Assembly: GCA_001462225.1 (NCBI GenBank)
Contig: LIUH01000148.1
Span: 15,209-79,208, forward strand
Direction: 5' to 3'
DNA length: 64,000 bases
DNA from: Fibrobacteria bacterium GUT31
GTDB taxonomy: Bacteria; Fibrobacterota; Fibrobacteria; Fibrobacterales; Fibrobacteraceae
Shown here one piece after another: positions 52,307-60,271 of this stretch (positions are counted from its first letter, which is position 1; every line of letters begins with the position of its first letter). Made by a program: the position numbers and the translations under genes. Under the pieces are notes generated by a model. The model made no database searches, had not been told where the DNA came from, and worked only from the letters and a program-made list of their open reading frames with translations.

Positions 52307-53254
52307 ATGAAAACAGGCATAGCGTACTTTGGAGTGCGAAACCCTGAATGGGTTCGCAAGGATATGCAAACAATTAGGGAAGCGGGTTTCAATTACGTGC
52401 TGCATACATTCTCGGAAGAGGATTTGCAGTACTACCCGCAAACCATGAAAGAGATAATAGCGCTTTCAAAAAAAGAAGGCCTAGGGGTTTATGTAAATCC
52501 TTGGGGTGTAGGTCGAGTTTTTGGGGGTGAGGCTTATACGGAGTTAGCTGCTAGAGACCCGGAAATGGCGCAAGTGAGTTCTGACGGCAAAAAATTGATC
52601 GCTGCCTGCCCCAACAGCCCTGCTTTCCGCGACTATATGAAAAAATGGATAAAATTTGTTTGCGAGTGTGATATAGAAACGGTGTTCTGGGATGAACCTC
52701 ATTTTTATTTTGAAAAAAATAATCCCGAACTGCGTACCTGCTTCTGTAAGCATTGTTCAGAGCAAAATTCCAAGCAACAGAGTTTGATTTCATCTTTATC
52801 ATTCCTAACGGAAGAGGTTCACAAACTCGGCAAAAGAAATTCCGTTTGCTTGTTGCCACCCTGGTTCCCAGCCGGTTTGGAAAACTGGGAAGAGGTGGCA
52901 AAACTGCCCTTTGTTGACGAAATAGGGAGCGACCCTTATTGGGAAAAAGGTGATTCCATTGAAAAAGTTCAAAAATCATACGGTGAAGTCAGCGAAAAAA
53001 TTGCAAATTTGGCTCAAATCCACAATAAAGAAGCCCAAATGTGGATAAAAAACTACCATATTGAAGCCGGAACCGAGCATTTTGCAGAAGAAGCAACCGA
53101 AATTGCGGTAAATAAGGGCATAAGGAATATTTTCGCTTGGTCTTACCTAGGCTCTAAGTATATGGACTGCCTAAGCTCCGATAACCCCGAACTGGTTTGG
53201 AAAACTCAAATAAAGGCATTCAGTTTGGCAAAAGCTTATGAGTTGGGGTATTGA
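52307..53254 (+). CDS. Hypothetical TIM-barrel glycoside-hydrolase-like protein
   Basis: I moved the start to ATG 52307, 7 nt after TATATT (52294-52299). ACPNSPAFRDYMKKWI resembles a GH42-type motif. This assignment is weak. Confidence 0.4.
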   Translation: MKTGIAYFGVRNPEWVRKDMQTIREAGFNYVLHTFSEEDLQYYPQTMKEIIALSKKEGLGVYVNPWGVGRVFGGEAYTELAARDPEMAQVSSDGKKLIAACPNSPAFRDYMKKWIKFVCECDIETVFWDEPHFYFEKNNPELRTCFCKHCSEQNSKQQSLISSLSFLTEEVHKLGKRNSVCLLPPWFPAGLENWEEVAKLPFVDEIGSDPYWEKGDSIEKVQKSYGEVSEKIANLAQIHNKEAQMWIKNYHIEAGTEHFAEEATEIAVNKGIRNIFAWSYLGSKYMDCLSSDNPELVWKTQIKAFSLAKAYELGY

Positions 53255-53262
53255 GCTATAGG

Positions 53263-53301
53263 AAACGCTGATAAACTCGCTTGGGGAGTGGAAAAAACAT
53301 G
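53263..53301 (+). repeat. Partial third copy of the palindromic element (left end only)
   Basis: AAACGCTGATAAACTCGCTTGGGGAGTGGAAAAAACATG matches the left terminus, part of the left arm and the loop start of the 4612/12328 element. The right arm is absent. Confidence 0.6.
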
Positions 53302-53417
53302 GATTTTTTTAAAAAATTCAGAAAATTTCAGAAAAACCTTGCCAACGGCTTAAAAAAAAGCTATATTTATATACATGATGATGTATAATACCCAAAATAA
53401 GGCGAAAGGAGCTTACG

Positions 53418-53443
53418 GTGCAGGCAAAGCCTAGCACTTTTTT
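53418..53443 (+). terminator. Hairpin + T6 (intrinsic-terminator-like) in the leader of the FISUMP gene
   Basis: GTGCAGGC-AAA-GCCTAGCAC followed by TTTTTT, about 30 nt downstream of an extended -10 (TGTATAAT, 53382-53389). Confidence 0.4.
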
Positions 53444-53560
53444 ACAAAACAATGACATAAAAGTTAACATCCGGCAAAAAAAATATATATACTTTCCCAG
53501 TTCTTTTTCATTTTTTCCATACATAAATTCGGATTTTTTCCTTAAAAAAAGAGGTTCATT

Positions 53561-55321
53561 ATGAACAAAATGAGCCTTTTTGCCCTTTCAGTTATGGCTA
53601 TGGTTCTTTCATGTTCCGAGAAGGGGCCTTTTGACTACCCCAGCCAGAGAGACTTGGAGGATATGGCCGCCATGTCTTCAAGCAGCGAGGGAGTTCAGGT
53701 GTCATCGTCAAGTGGGGAAGAGGGAAGTTCTTCTTCCATAGGGGAGCAGAGTTCTTCCAGCGAGGAGGTGTCATCGTCAAGTAGCGAAGGGGGGAGTTCC
53801 TCTTCCACAGGGGAGCAAAGTTCTTCCAGCGAGGAGGCATCTTCATCAAGCAGTGAGGAGGGAAGTTCTTCTTCCCTTAGCAGTTGTGGCAATTATAATG
53901 AGGAAAATGAATTTTGCCGCAACAATTATGTTTATGAGAAGTGCGGTGACAAGGACGGCATCGGCAAATCTGAGTACGATCCTGCTTATTATTTCTGCCG
54001 CAACAATTATCTCTTTGCCAAGTGCGGGGGCAAGGAATACAATCCTCCGGATGAGGTGTGCAATGGTGGCATTGTAGGAAAGCTGTGCGGTAGCACTTGG
54101 TTCAATCCTGAGACTCATTTCTGTCTTAGCGGCACCACGCCGACTCCACTCTGCGGGGAAGAAGAATATACGGGTTCCCAATTTTGCAGGAGTGGCGTAG
54201 TTTACAATAAATGCAACGGCAATGAATATGAGCCTACGCATTTTTGCTCCGGGAACACGATTCTTGTCAAATGCGGCGGTGCTGTGGAGTATAATCCCGT
54301 GACGGAACAATGCTGCGGTAGCGGTAAATACACTTTGGCGAGCCAATTCTGTTCTGGCGGTGCGATTTACGACAAATGCGGCAGTATTGACTATAATCTC
54401 TCTGCGCAATTCTGTCTAGATGATGCTGTTACCTCTCTCTGCGGAGGTTTGACACACACGAATTCCCAATTTTGTTCTGCTGGTACGGTTTATGAGAAAT
54501 GCGGGGGCACTGTGCTATTCACACCCGAGACGGAGGCTTGTTGCGGAAATAACGAATATACTTTGTCAACACACTATTGTCGCACAGCCGACAACACAAC
54601 ACATTCCTGCGGCGGTAAGCCACTCAACCCGGATACTCAATTTTGCTACGACAACAGCAAGGTCGGAAATTATTGCGGCACAAGAAGTGAGACTTTTGAC
54701 CCGGATTTGTATGAATGCTTTACTGATAATATAGGAGGTGTCAACATGATATTCTTGAAGATGTATGTGGATTATGGAGGGGAAGCTTATGATGCGGTAT
54801 TGATAGGCAGCCAAACATGGCTTGCAAGGAATTTGAATTACAATGCAAACGGTAGCAAGTGCTATGGCGATAGCCAGGACATATGCTACATTTATGGCCG
54901 GCTCTATAATTGGGAAACTGCAATGGCTGGTTCGTCAAGTTCAACTACTGTTCCCAGCGGTCTTCGTGGCGTTTGCCCTTCTGGTTGGCATTTGCCCAGT
55001 ACCGCGGAGTGGGATATGTTAAGGGCTGCTGTTGGTGGTGACAATACAGCGGGAACTAAGTTGAAGGCAGGGGCTGGTTGGAACAACAACGGTAATGGCA
55101 CGAATGATTACGGATTTTCCGCCCTGCCGGGCGGCAACGGCTATGGTGACAGTTTCGAGCGTGTCGGCAACTACGGCTTCTGGTGGAGTTCCACGAAGTC
55201 CGAGAATGAGAACTACTTAAACGAAGCTTACGACCAGATAATGAGCCACAATAGCGAGCGAGCATACCAAAGCAGTGCCGATAGATCTGCCCTGCTTTCT
55301 GTTCGTTGCGTCAAAGACTAG
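53561..55321 (+). CDS. Lipoprotein with Ser-rich tandem repeats, ~14 Cys-repeat modules and a C-terminal FISUMP domain
   Basis: Lipobox MAMVLSC. FISUMP motifs GSQTWLARNLNY, YGRLYNWETAM, CPSGWHLPSTAEWDML, GFSALPGGNGY, FWWSSTK and SVRCVKD. Confidence 0.85.
   Translation: MNKMSLFALSVMAMVLSCSEKGPFDYPSQRDLEDMAAMSSSSEGVQVSSSSGEEGSSSSIGEQSSSSEEVSSSSSEGGSSSSTGEQSSSSEEASSSSSEEGSSSSLSSCGNYNEENEFCRNNYVYEKCGDKDGIGKSEYDPAYYFCRNNYLFAKCGGKEYNPPDEVCNGGIVGKLCGSTWFNPETHFCLSGTTPTPLCGEEEYTGSQFCRSGVVYNKCNGNEYEPTHFCSGNTILVKCGGAVEYNPVTEQCCGSGKYTLASQFCSGGAIYDKCGSIDYNLSAQFCLDDAVTSLCGGLTHTNSQFCSAGTVYEKCGGTVLFTPETEACCGNNEYTLSTHYCRTADNTTHSCGGKPLNPDTQFCYDNSKVGNYCGTRSETFDPDLYECFTDNIGGVNMIFLKMYVDYGGEAYDAVLIGSQTWLARNLNYNANGSKCYGDSQDICYIYGRLYNWETAMAGSSSSTTVPSGLRGVCPSGWHLPSTAEWDMLRAAVGGDNTAGTKLKAGAGWNNNGNGTNDYGFSALPGGNGYGDSFERVGNYGFWWSSTKSENENYLNEAYDQIMSHNSERAYQSSADRSALLSVRCVKD
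53699..53876 (+). repeat. 69-bp in-frame tandem repeat, ~2.5 copies (Ser/Glu/Gly-rich linker)
   Basis: Units begin at 53699, 53768 and 53837 and encode SSSSGEEGSSSSIGEQSSSSEEV-type 23-mers. Confidence 0.8.
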
Positions 55322-55459
55322 TGCGAAGTGCTACCGCTAGCGTAAGCAAGCGGTGAATACAAAAAATTGTGCCATGGTGGCACGAACCTGCCAAACCCTA
55401 ACTTCTCCCAAGTTTGGCAGGATAAACAAGACCAGGGGGAAAAGGAAAGGTGTTGAAAA

Positions 55460-56959
55460 ATGGTGAATGCTCTTTATGAAATAGCTCGGGAAAAAAAGGA
55501 TGAGTCTTTACTTCAAAAATTAGATTCTTTGTTTAAAGAGACCATAGAGGAATATGGCAAGGATAAGTCTTTAAAAACAGAAATTGCAGATGCTTTTAAT
55601 TCTTGGGGAGATACGCTTTATAACTTAGCTCTAAAGAAGCAAGAAGAATCTTCGCTCCAAGAGGCCGAGAAATATTTTAAAGAAGCTATCGGAAAATATG
55701 ATATAGTTATAGATCAAAATTGGGAACGCAAAAATATTTCTTATTATAATCGAGGGGCAGCTTATTACAGACGCTCATTAATTAACAACAACGATAAAAA
55801 ATTAGCTGAAGAATTAGCCGAAAAAGCGAGGGAAAGTTTTAAGAAAGAGAAAAAAAGCATCCTGAATATACTTGTTTATATGAATGATGATGTTAGAGAA
55901 GGAATGACGGAAAATGATTTTCTTTTGCCTTTATTGGATGACCTGAAAACGAGCGACGGACGTTTTTTCAAAGAAGCTACAAAAAATATGCCACAAAAAG
56001 AATTGAATAAATTAGATAAATATAAAAAAGTTTATATTAATTCTATGTATATTATCAGTAAATTACATGTAGATAATGATAACGAAGAATTTGTAGCAAG
56101 TTATAGAGAAAAAACCATCTCGCAGAAAATGCTATTCGAAGACACAAAATTCAGGCTTAATGCTATAGACCATTCCAATGACCCTACGGAGGGAAAAACT
56201 TTACTTGATTATTTGTATGAAGACAAACCAAGAATAAAAAAACTAAAAGAGAAAGAAAAACTAAAAGAAAATTTCCATAGAAAATATGGAGCTTTTGCGG
56301 GTTGTTTTACTTTTAGTTACGACAGCTTGAATCAATTTAGACTATATGGCAAAGAAGACGATAAAGAAGGCACAGGATTATCACTTATTTTTGATGAAAC
56401 TTTTTTTAGCGAAAGAGTAGATACAGCGATAGATCAAAACGGAAATAAAAAACATACGCTTTTCCGTTGTATTTATATTGACCCCATGAAACGACGAGTA
56501 GAAACAGTAGGACAGAAAGAAAAATATCTTTTTTTCCGGGAAAATATATCGGAAGCGTATGATGATTATCATAAATATATAGATGATATTATTGAAAAAG
56601 TAAACAAAAAAATGGAAGAATTAAAGGATTTAGTAAACGATAAAAAAGGAGAATTAGAAAAATTAGATAGAAATATAGTAGGGCAATTACTTATCAATTT
56701 ACGCTATCTCACAAAACACATTGCTTTTAAAGAAGAACAAGAATGTAGAATCGTAGAAATACACCCTCTGGATTACGATAGAATCAAGTTAAGCCCTGAC
56801 TACAAACAAATGTATATAGAATATGAACCTAAAGTTTCAGAACACATAAAAGAAATCTATTTTGGCCCCAAAGCCACAGAAATAGAAATGTTCCAAAATC
56901 TTTTGGTGCATAAATGCTTAGACATTACTTGTGAAAAATCAGAAAATCCTTTGGCATGA
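55460..56959 (+). CDS. Hypothetical protein: helical (TPR-like) N-half + DUF2971-like C-half
   Basis: RLNAIDHSNDPTEGKTLL and FAGCFTFSYDSLNQFRLYGK fit the DUF2971 pattern (NDPxE ... aromatic/Cys-Phe-Ser core) as I remember it. The coding sequence is very AT-rich and Lys/Glu-rich. Confidence 0.5.
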   Translation: MVNALYEIAREKKDESLLQKLDSLFKETIEEYGKDKSLKTEIADAFNSWGDTLYNLALKKQEESSLQEAEKYFKEAIGKYDIVIDQNWERKNISYYNRGAAYYRRSLINNNDKKLAEELAEKARESFKKEKKSILNILVYMNDDVREGMTENDFLLPLLDDLKTSDGRFFKEATKNMPQKELNKLDKYKKVYINSMYIISKLHVDNDNEEFVASYREKTISQKMLFEDTKFRLNAIDHSNDPTEGKTLLDYLYEDKPRIKKLKEKEKLKENFHRKYGAFAGCFTFSYDSLNQFRLYGKEDDKEGTGLSLIFDETFFSERVDTAIDQNGNKKHTLFRCIYIDPMKRRVETVGQKEKYLFFRENISEAYDDYHKYIDDIIEKVNKKMEELKDLVNDKKGELEKLDRNIVGQLLINLRYLTKHIAFKEEQECRIVEIHPLDYDRIKLSPDYKQMYIEYEPKVSEHIKEIYFGPKATEIEMFQNLLVHKCLDITCEKSENPLA

Positions 56960-56996
56960 AGCTAATAGTAAATCATCTACGGCGGGATATTGATTT

Positions 56997-57049
56997 TTGT
57001 GATGTGTAGGAAATAATGGTTAACTTAATGTTGGGGTATGGGGTATAGG
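56997..57049 (+). repeat. Direct repeat A flanking the TA remnant
   Basis: TTGTGATGTGTAGGAAATAATGGTTAACTTAATGTTGGGGTATGGGGTATAGG. Compare 57541-57613. Confidence 0.7.
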
Positions 57050-57083
57050 CTAAATTATTCCTTCATTACTAGCCAATAAAATT

Positions 57084-57209
57084 TTATTTAACAACTCTAC
57101 AGAATAATACCTTTTTCTGCCTAGCATTTCTACAAATAACGGTTTCAATTCTTTTATTATCTATAACAGCAAGGGAAACAATTGGTCCGGTATCGGCAAC
57201 GACAATCAT
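57084..57209 (-). pseudogene. Truncated PIN-like (DUF3368-type) toxin gene, 41 codons
   Basis: MIVVADTGPIVSLAVIDNKRIE... matches the N-terminus of DUF3368 PIN proteins, followed by an early stop. It has an ATGA overlap with the antitoxin stop. Confidence 0.5.
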
Positions 57210-57469
57210 ACTTTTAGTTTTTCTAAATCGCCGGACACATCCGAATAATTCAGATTAGATACGGGAATTTTATTTTCTGACAAGTATATTTCAAAATTCA
57301 CCCTGCTCATTCCTGCAAGTTCAGCGGCTTTGCCTATTGAAAGCAGGGAACGCTGATAGCACTTCACAGCCAAAAAAAGCAACATTTCGGTTTGCAATTC
57401 TTTTACCGAATTGCGAATATGCGGAAAAACCGCAGATGGTATGTTGACCGTTAGGCAGGTTTTGTTCAT
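57206..57469 (-). CDS. UPF0175-family HTH antitoxin-like protein
   Basis: LLSIGKAAELAGMSRVNFEIYLSENKIPV. I moved the start to ATG 57469 (87 aa), 6 nt after a TATTTT motif. Confidence 0.6.
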   Translation of the reverse strand: MNKTCLTVNIPSAVFPHIRNSVKELQTEMLLFLAVKCYQRSLLSIGKAAELAGMSRVNFEIYLSENKIPVSNLNYSDVSGDLEKLKV

Positions 57470-57540
57470 AAACGCAAAATAGAAAAAACTACAAACTTCA
57501 TCGTATGGATTGCCTTGGCAGGGGGGCTTCCTCAGGTGGC

Positions 57541-57613
57541 TTGTGATGTTCAAGTGTAAAAAGTAATGGCTAACTTAATGCTTGGGTATGGGGTATGGGG
57601 TTTGGGGTATGGG
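57541..57613 (+). repeat. Direct repeat B flanking the TA remnant, extended by GGGGTAT/GGGGTTT runs
   Basis: TTGTGATGTTCAAGTGTAAAAAGTAATGGCTAACTTAATGCTTGGGTATGGGGTATGGGGTTTGGGGTATGGG. Confidence 0.7.
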
Positions 57614-57844
57614 TTCTGATTTTGTGGCGAAATATGGCAAATTAATCGGGGTTCTGACAAAATGAAAACACTGTTTTTGTAGCTGCGGTTTGTTTTGATC
57701 TCAGTAATAACCGTGCCAGTGGAAAAACGGCTAAATTGGCTCAAAAACGCCGTTTACGTAAACCCTTAGGGTGTAGGTCAAGCCTTTGGGGTAAGCTAGG
57801 ACGGCAAAATTTGGCCAAAATCAGCATTTACCATAGTTCCCCCC

Positions 57845-57873
57845 TTGACTTTTGTTTAATTTTTTTCTATATT
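57845..57873 (+). promoter_or_regulatory. Canonical sigma70-type promoter for cheA (TTGACT-17 nt-TATATT)
   Basis: Read directly from the sequence. It is followed by a 28-nt leader with a GGAGG SD and a GTG start at 57902. Confidence 0.6.
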
Positions 57874-57901
57874 CGCATTCATAAGCATAACGGAGGTTTT
57901 T

Positions 57902-60271
57902 GTGGAAACAGATAACGACATCCTTGCTGAGTATGTTGAGGAGTCTCGAGAACATCTCTCTCATGTAGAGGAGATCTTTGAGAGTATCCAAAAAACAGGC
58001 GAAGTTAAACTCAGCTCTATAAACGATTTGTTTCGTGCCATACATACCATAAAAGGCTCAGCGGGCTTTTTAGGCTTAACAAGTATAGGCACGTTAACTC
58101 ATGCAATGGAAAGCCTTTTAGACTCCCTGCGAGAAGGCAGGCTTTCCGTAACCCAGCCTATTTCAGACGCTCTTATGGAGGGCACGGATATGTTAAGCGA
58201 AATGTTTGACGATGTTGATAAAAGCAATAATGTGGATGTTGGCGAACTCGTGACCACATTAAAGGGCTTGAACAGCGGGGTAGATGCTCCTGCTGCGCCA
58301 GCCCCGGCACCGCAAGCCCCCCCTGCTGCAACGGCAGAACCGGAAAAACGCTCTGTTGCAGATGTGTTGAGCCAGTTTCCGGAGCTTGCCCAATATGTTC
58401 CGCCGGAGCAAGCACCGGCAGCAAAAGCCGCACCGGTAGCTCCAGCCCCCGCAGAGAAGGCTCCAAAGCCGGCAGCTCCGGCTGCAAACGCACCAGCCGA
58501 ACCTCCTGCCTCTTCGCAAGAAAAGCACGAAGAATTCCTGCGCATAAAGGTTGACCTCCTTGACCGCCTTATGATGCTGGCCGGCGAGTTGGTTCTTGTT
58601 CGCAACCAGCAGCTTATGCACCTAGAGCAGGCAGATGCCACACTCCGCAGCATTACCCAAAGCCTTGACTCTGTGACCACGGAACTCCAAGAAACAATCA
58701 TGCGTACCAGAATGCAGCCCATTGGCACCGTATTCTCACGCTTTTCAAGAATGGTGCGCGACCTCTCCCGCAAGCTCGGCAAAAAAATCGACTTTGTGAC
58801 CGAAGGTGATGAGGTTGAATTGGATAAAAACATTTTAGAAGCCATTGGTGACCCCTTAACCCATTTGGTTCGCAATGCTTGCGACCACGGCGTTGAAAAA
58901 CCCGAAGAAAGGCTTGCCGCCGGCAAATCCGATACCGGCAGGGTGACTCTCTGCGCGTATCACGAAAGCGGCCAAATACATGTGGATATTAAAGACAACG
59001 GAAAAGGCATGAACCGCGAGGTTATTCGGCGCAAAGTTTTGGAGAAAAAACTAAAAACCGAAGATGAACTCGCAAGAATGAACGATCAGGATTTGATAAA
59101 CCTGGTGTGTTTGCCGGGTTTCTCAACAGCCACAACGCTTACCGATGTTTCCGGGCGTGGCGTGGGAATGGATGTTGTGAAAACGGGCGTTGAAAAATTC
59201 GGCGGATCGGTTTCCTTGACATCCATTGAAGGCGAAGGCTCTGTGGTGAAACTGCGCTTGCCTTTGACACTTGCGATTATACCTTCTCTCATTGTTCAAA
59301 GCGGTGATGAACGCTTTGCAATTCCGCAGGTAAACTTGGAAGAGCTTGTTTGCCTTTATGATAAAGACGCCTTTACCAGAATTGAATGTGCCGGAGCAAG
59401 AGAAGTGTTTCGCTTGCGCGATACCTTGCTCCCCATGGTTCGTCTGCGTGAGGCGCTTGCCCGCGAAAGAATGTTTGACGAAGAAGCGCTTTCCGAGGTC
59501 ACGGAGCAAAATTCCGAAGCTCGCAAAGAAATGGATGCAAAATACAAGGAAGCGGAAGATAGCGGCCACTCAATTCATTACTCTTTGAACTTCGCCGTTT
59601 TACGCTCCGGAAATCTGCGTTTTGGCCTTATCATAGACCGCATTCACGGCAGCGAAGAAATTGTGGTCAAACCGATGCACAGAGCCGTAAAAGGCATTCC
59701 GCTTTACTCCGGAGCAACGGTGCTTGGGGATGGCAAAGTAGCTATGATTCTGGATGCCACAGGCCTTGCAAGGCACTATAACGTGCGCGATGTTGGCGGC
59801 GGAAAAGACAGCAAAAAGCAAAAAGCCACAGCCGAAGACGGTACCGAACTCCGTTCCCTGCTCCTGTTCTCCAACGGCGGCAGCGAGCAGTTCGGCGTTT
59901 CTATGCAAGATGTCAAGCGCGTAGAAGCTATAGAAACCGCCGCCATAGAACGGGTAGGTTCTCAAGAGTATATCACTCTGGATGGCGTTTCCACCCGTGT
60001 TGTGCGTTTGGAAGACGGTTTGCGCGTTCAAAGCAGCAGCCAGCCGGAAAATATGTTCTTCTTAATTCCGCAAAATGCCCGCAAGCCTTACGGTCTGCTG
60101 GTTGAAAAACTGATAGACAGCGGTCATTATGAAGTTAAACTCAACAAAGAGAGCTATCAAGCAGAGGGCGTTGAAGGCACAGCTTTAATTAAAAAGAAAA
60201 TGACTGTTCTTGTAAACTTGGAGCAATTGATGCACCTTGTTGATGGAATGTGGTACGGAGGTCAAGCATGA
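57902..60271 (+). CDS. cheA: Chemotaxis histidine kinase CheA (two C-terminal CheW-like domains)
   Basis: Hpt HTIKGSAGFLGL, N-box GDPLTHLVRNACDHGVE and G-box DVSGRGVGMDVVK. A Pro/Ala-rich linker follows P1. Confidence 0.95.
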   Translation: METDNDILAEYVEESREHLSHVEEIFESIQKTGEVKLSSINDLFRAIHTIKGSAGFLGLTSIGTLTHAMESLLDSLREGRLSVTQPISDALMEGTDMLSEMFDDVDKSNNVDVGELVTTLKGLNSGVDAPAAPAPAPQAPPAATAEPEKRSVADVLSQFPELAQYVPPEQAPAAKAAPVAPAPAEKAPKPAAPAANAPAEPPASSQEKHEEFLRIKVDLLDRLMMLAGELVLVRNQQLMHLEQADATLRSITQSLDSVTTELQETIMRTRMQPIGTVFSRFSRMVRDLSRKLGKKIDFVTEGDEVELDKNILEAIGDPLTHLVRNACDHGVEKPEERLAAGKSDTGRVTLCAYHESGQIHVDIKDNGKGMNREVIRRKVLEKKLKTEDELARMNDQDLINLVCLPGFSTATTLTDVSGRGVGMDVVKTGVEKFGGSVSLTSIEGEGSVVKLRLPLTLAIIPSLIVQSGDERFAIPQVNLEELVCLYDKDAFTRIECAGAREVFRLRDTLLPMVRLREALARERMFDEEALSEVTEQNSEARKEMDAKYKEAEDSGHSIHYSLNFAVLRSGNLRFGLIIDRIHGSEEIVVKPMHRAVKGIPLYSGATVLGDGKVAMILDATGLARHYNVRDVGGGKDSKKQKATAEDGTELRSLLLFSNGGSEQFGVSMQDVKRVEAIETAAIERVGSQEYITLDGVSTRVVRLEDGLRVQSSSQPENMFFLIPQNARKPYGLLVEKLIDSGHYEVKLNKESYQAEGVEGTALIKKKMTVLVNLEQLMHLVDGMWYGGQA

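Noticed and set aside
53418-53564. 48-codon GTG-initiated uORF with an AAGGAG SD, whose TGA overlaps the ATG of the FISUMP gene.
   Set aside because: The peptide is an AT-rich low-complexity string and begins inside the terminator-like hairpin. An open frame this short is expected by chance in AT-poor-stop sequence. I kept only the hairpin and promoter observation.
53598-54409. Antisense ORFs over the FISUMP lipoprotein gene (53598-53849, 53695-53892, 53846-54409) and the small sense-strand out-of-frame ORFs.
   Set aside because: They are artefacts of the Ser/Glu-codon tandem repeats and Cys-repeat region. They have no start context, and the sense frame has a signal peptide and a recognisable domain.
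55388-57613. Integron-like gene cassettes (attC sites) around the DUF2971 and TA genes.
   Set aside because: CCCTAAC / GTTTGGC and GGYTAAC / GTTGGGG only loosely resemble the RYYYAAC / GTTRRRY cores. No integrase is present. I could not build the bulged attC fold by hand. It remains as a check (IntegronFinder) rather than a claim.
58099-58926. 275-aa antisense ORF inside cheA, plus two nested ones.
   Set aside because: The open frame is produced by the GC-rich Pro/Ala linker codons of cheA. The product is low-complexity Ala/Ser/Gly, and cheA is unambiguous on the other strand.
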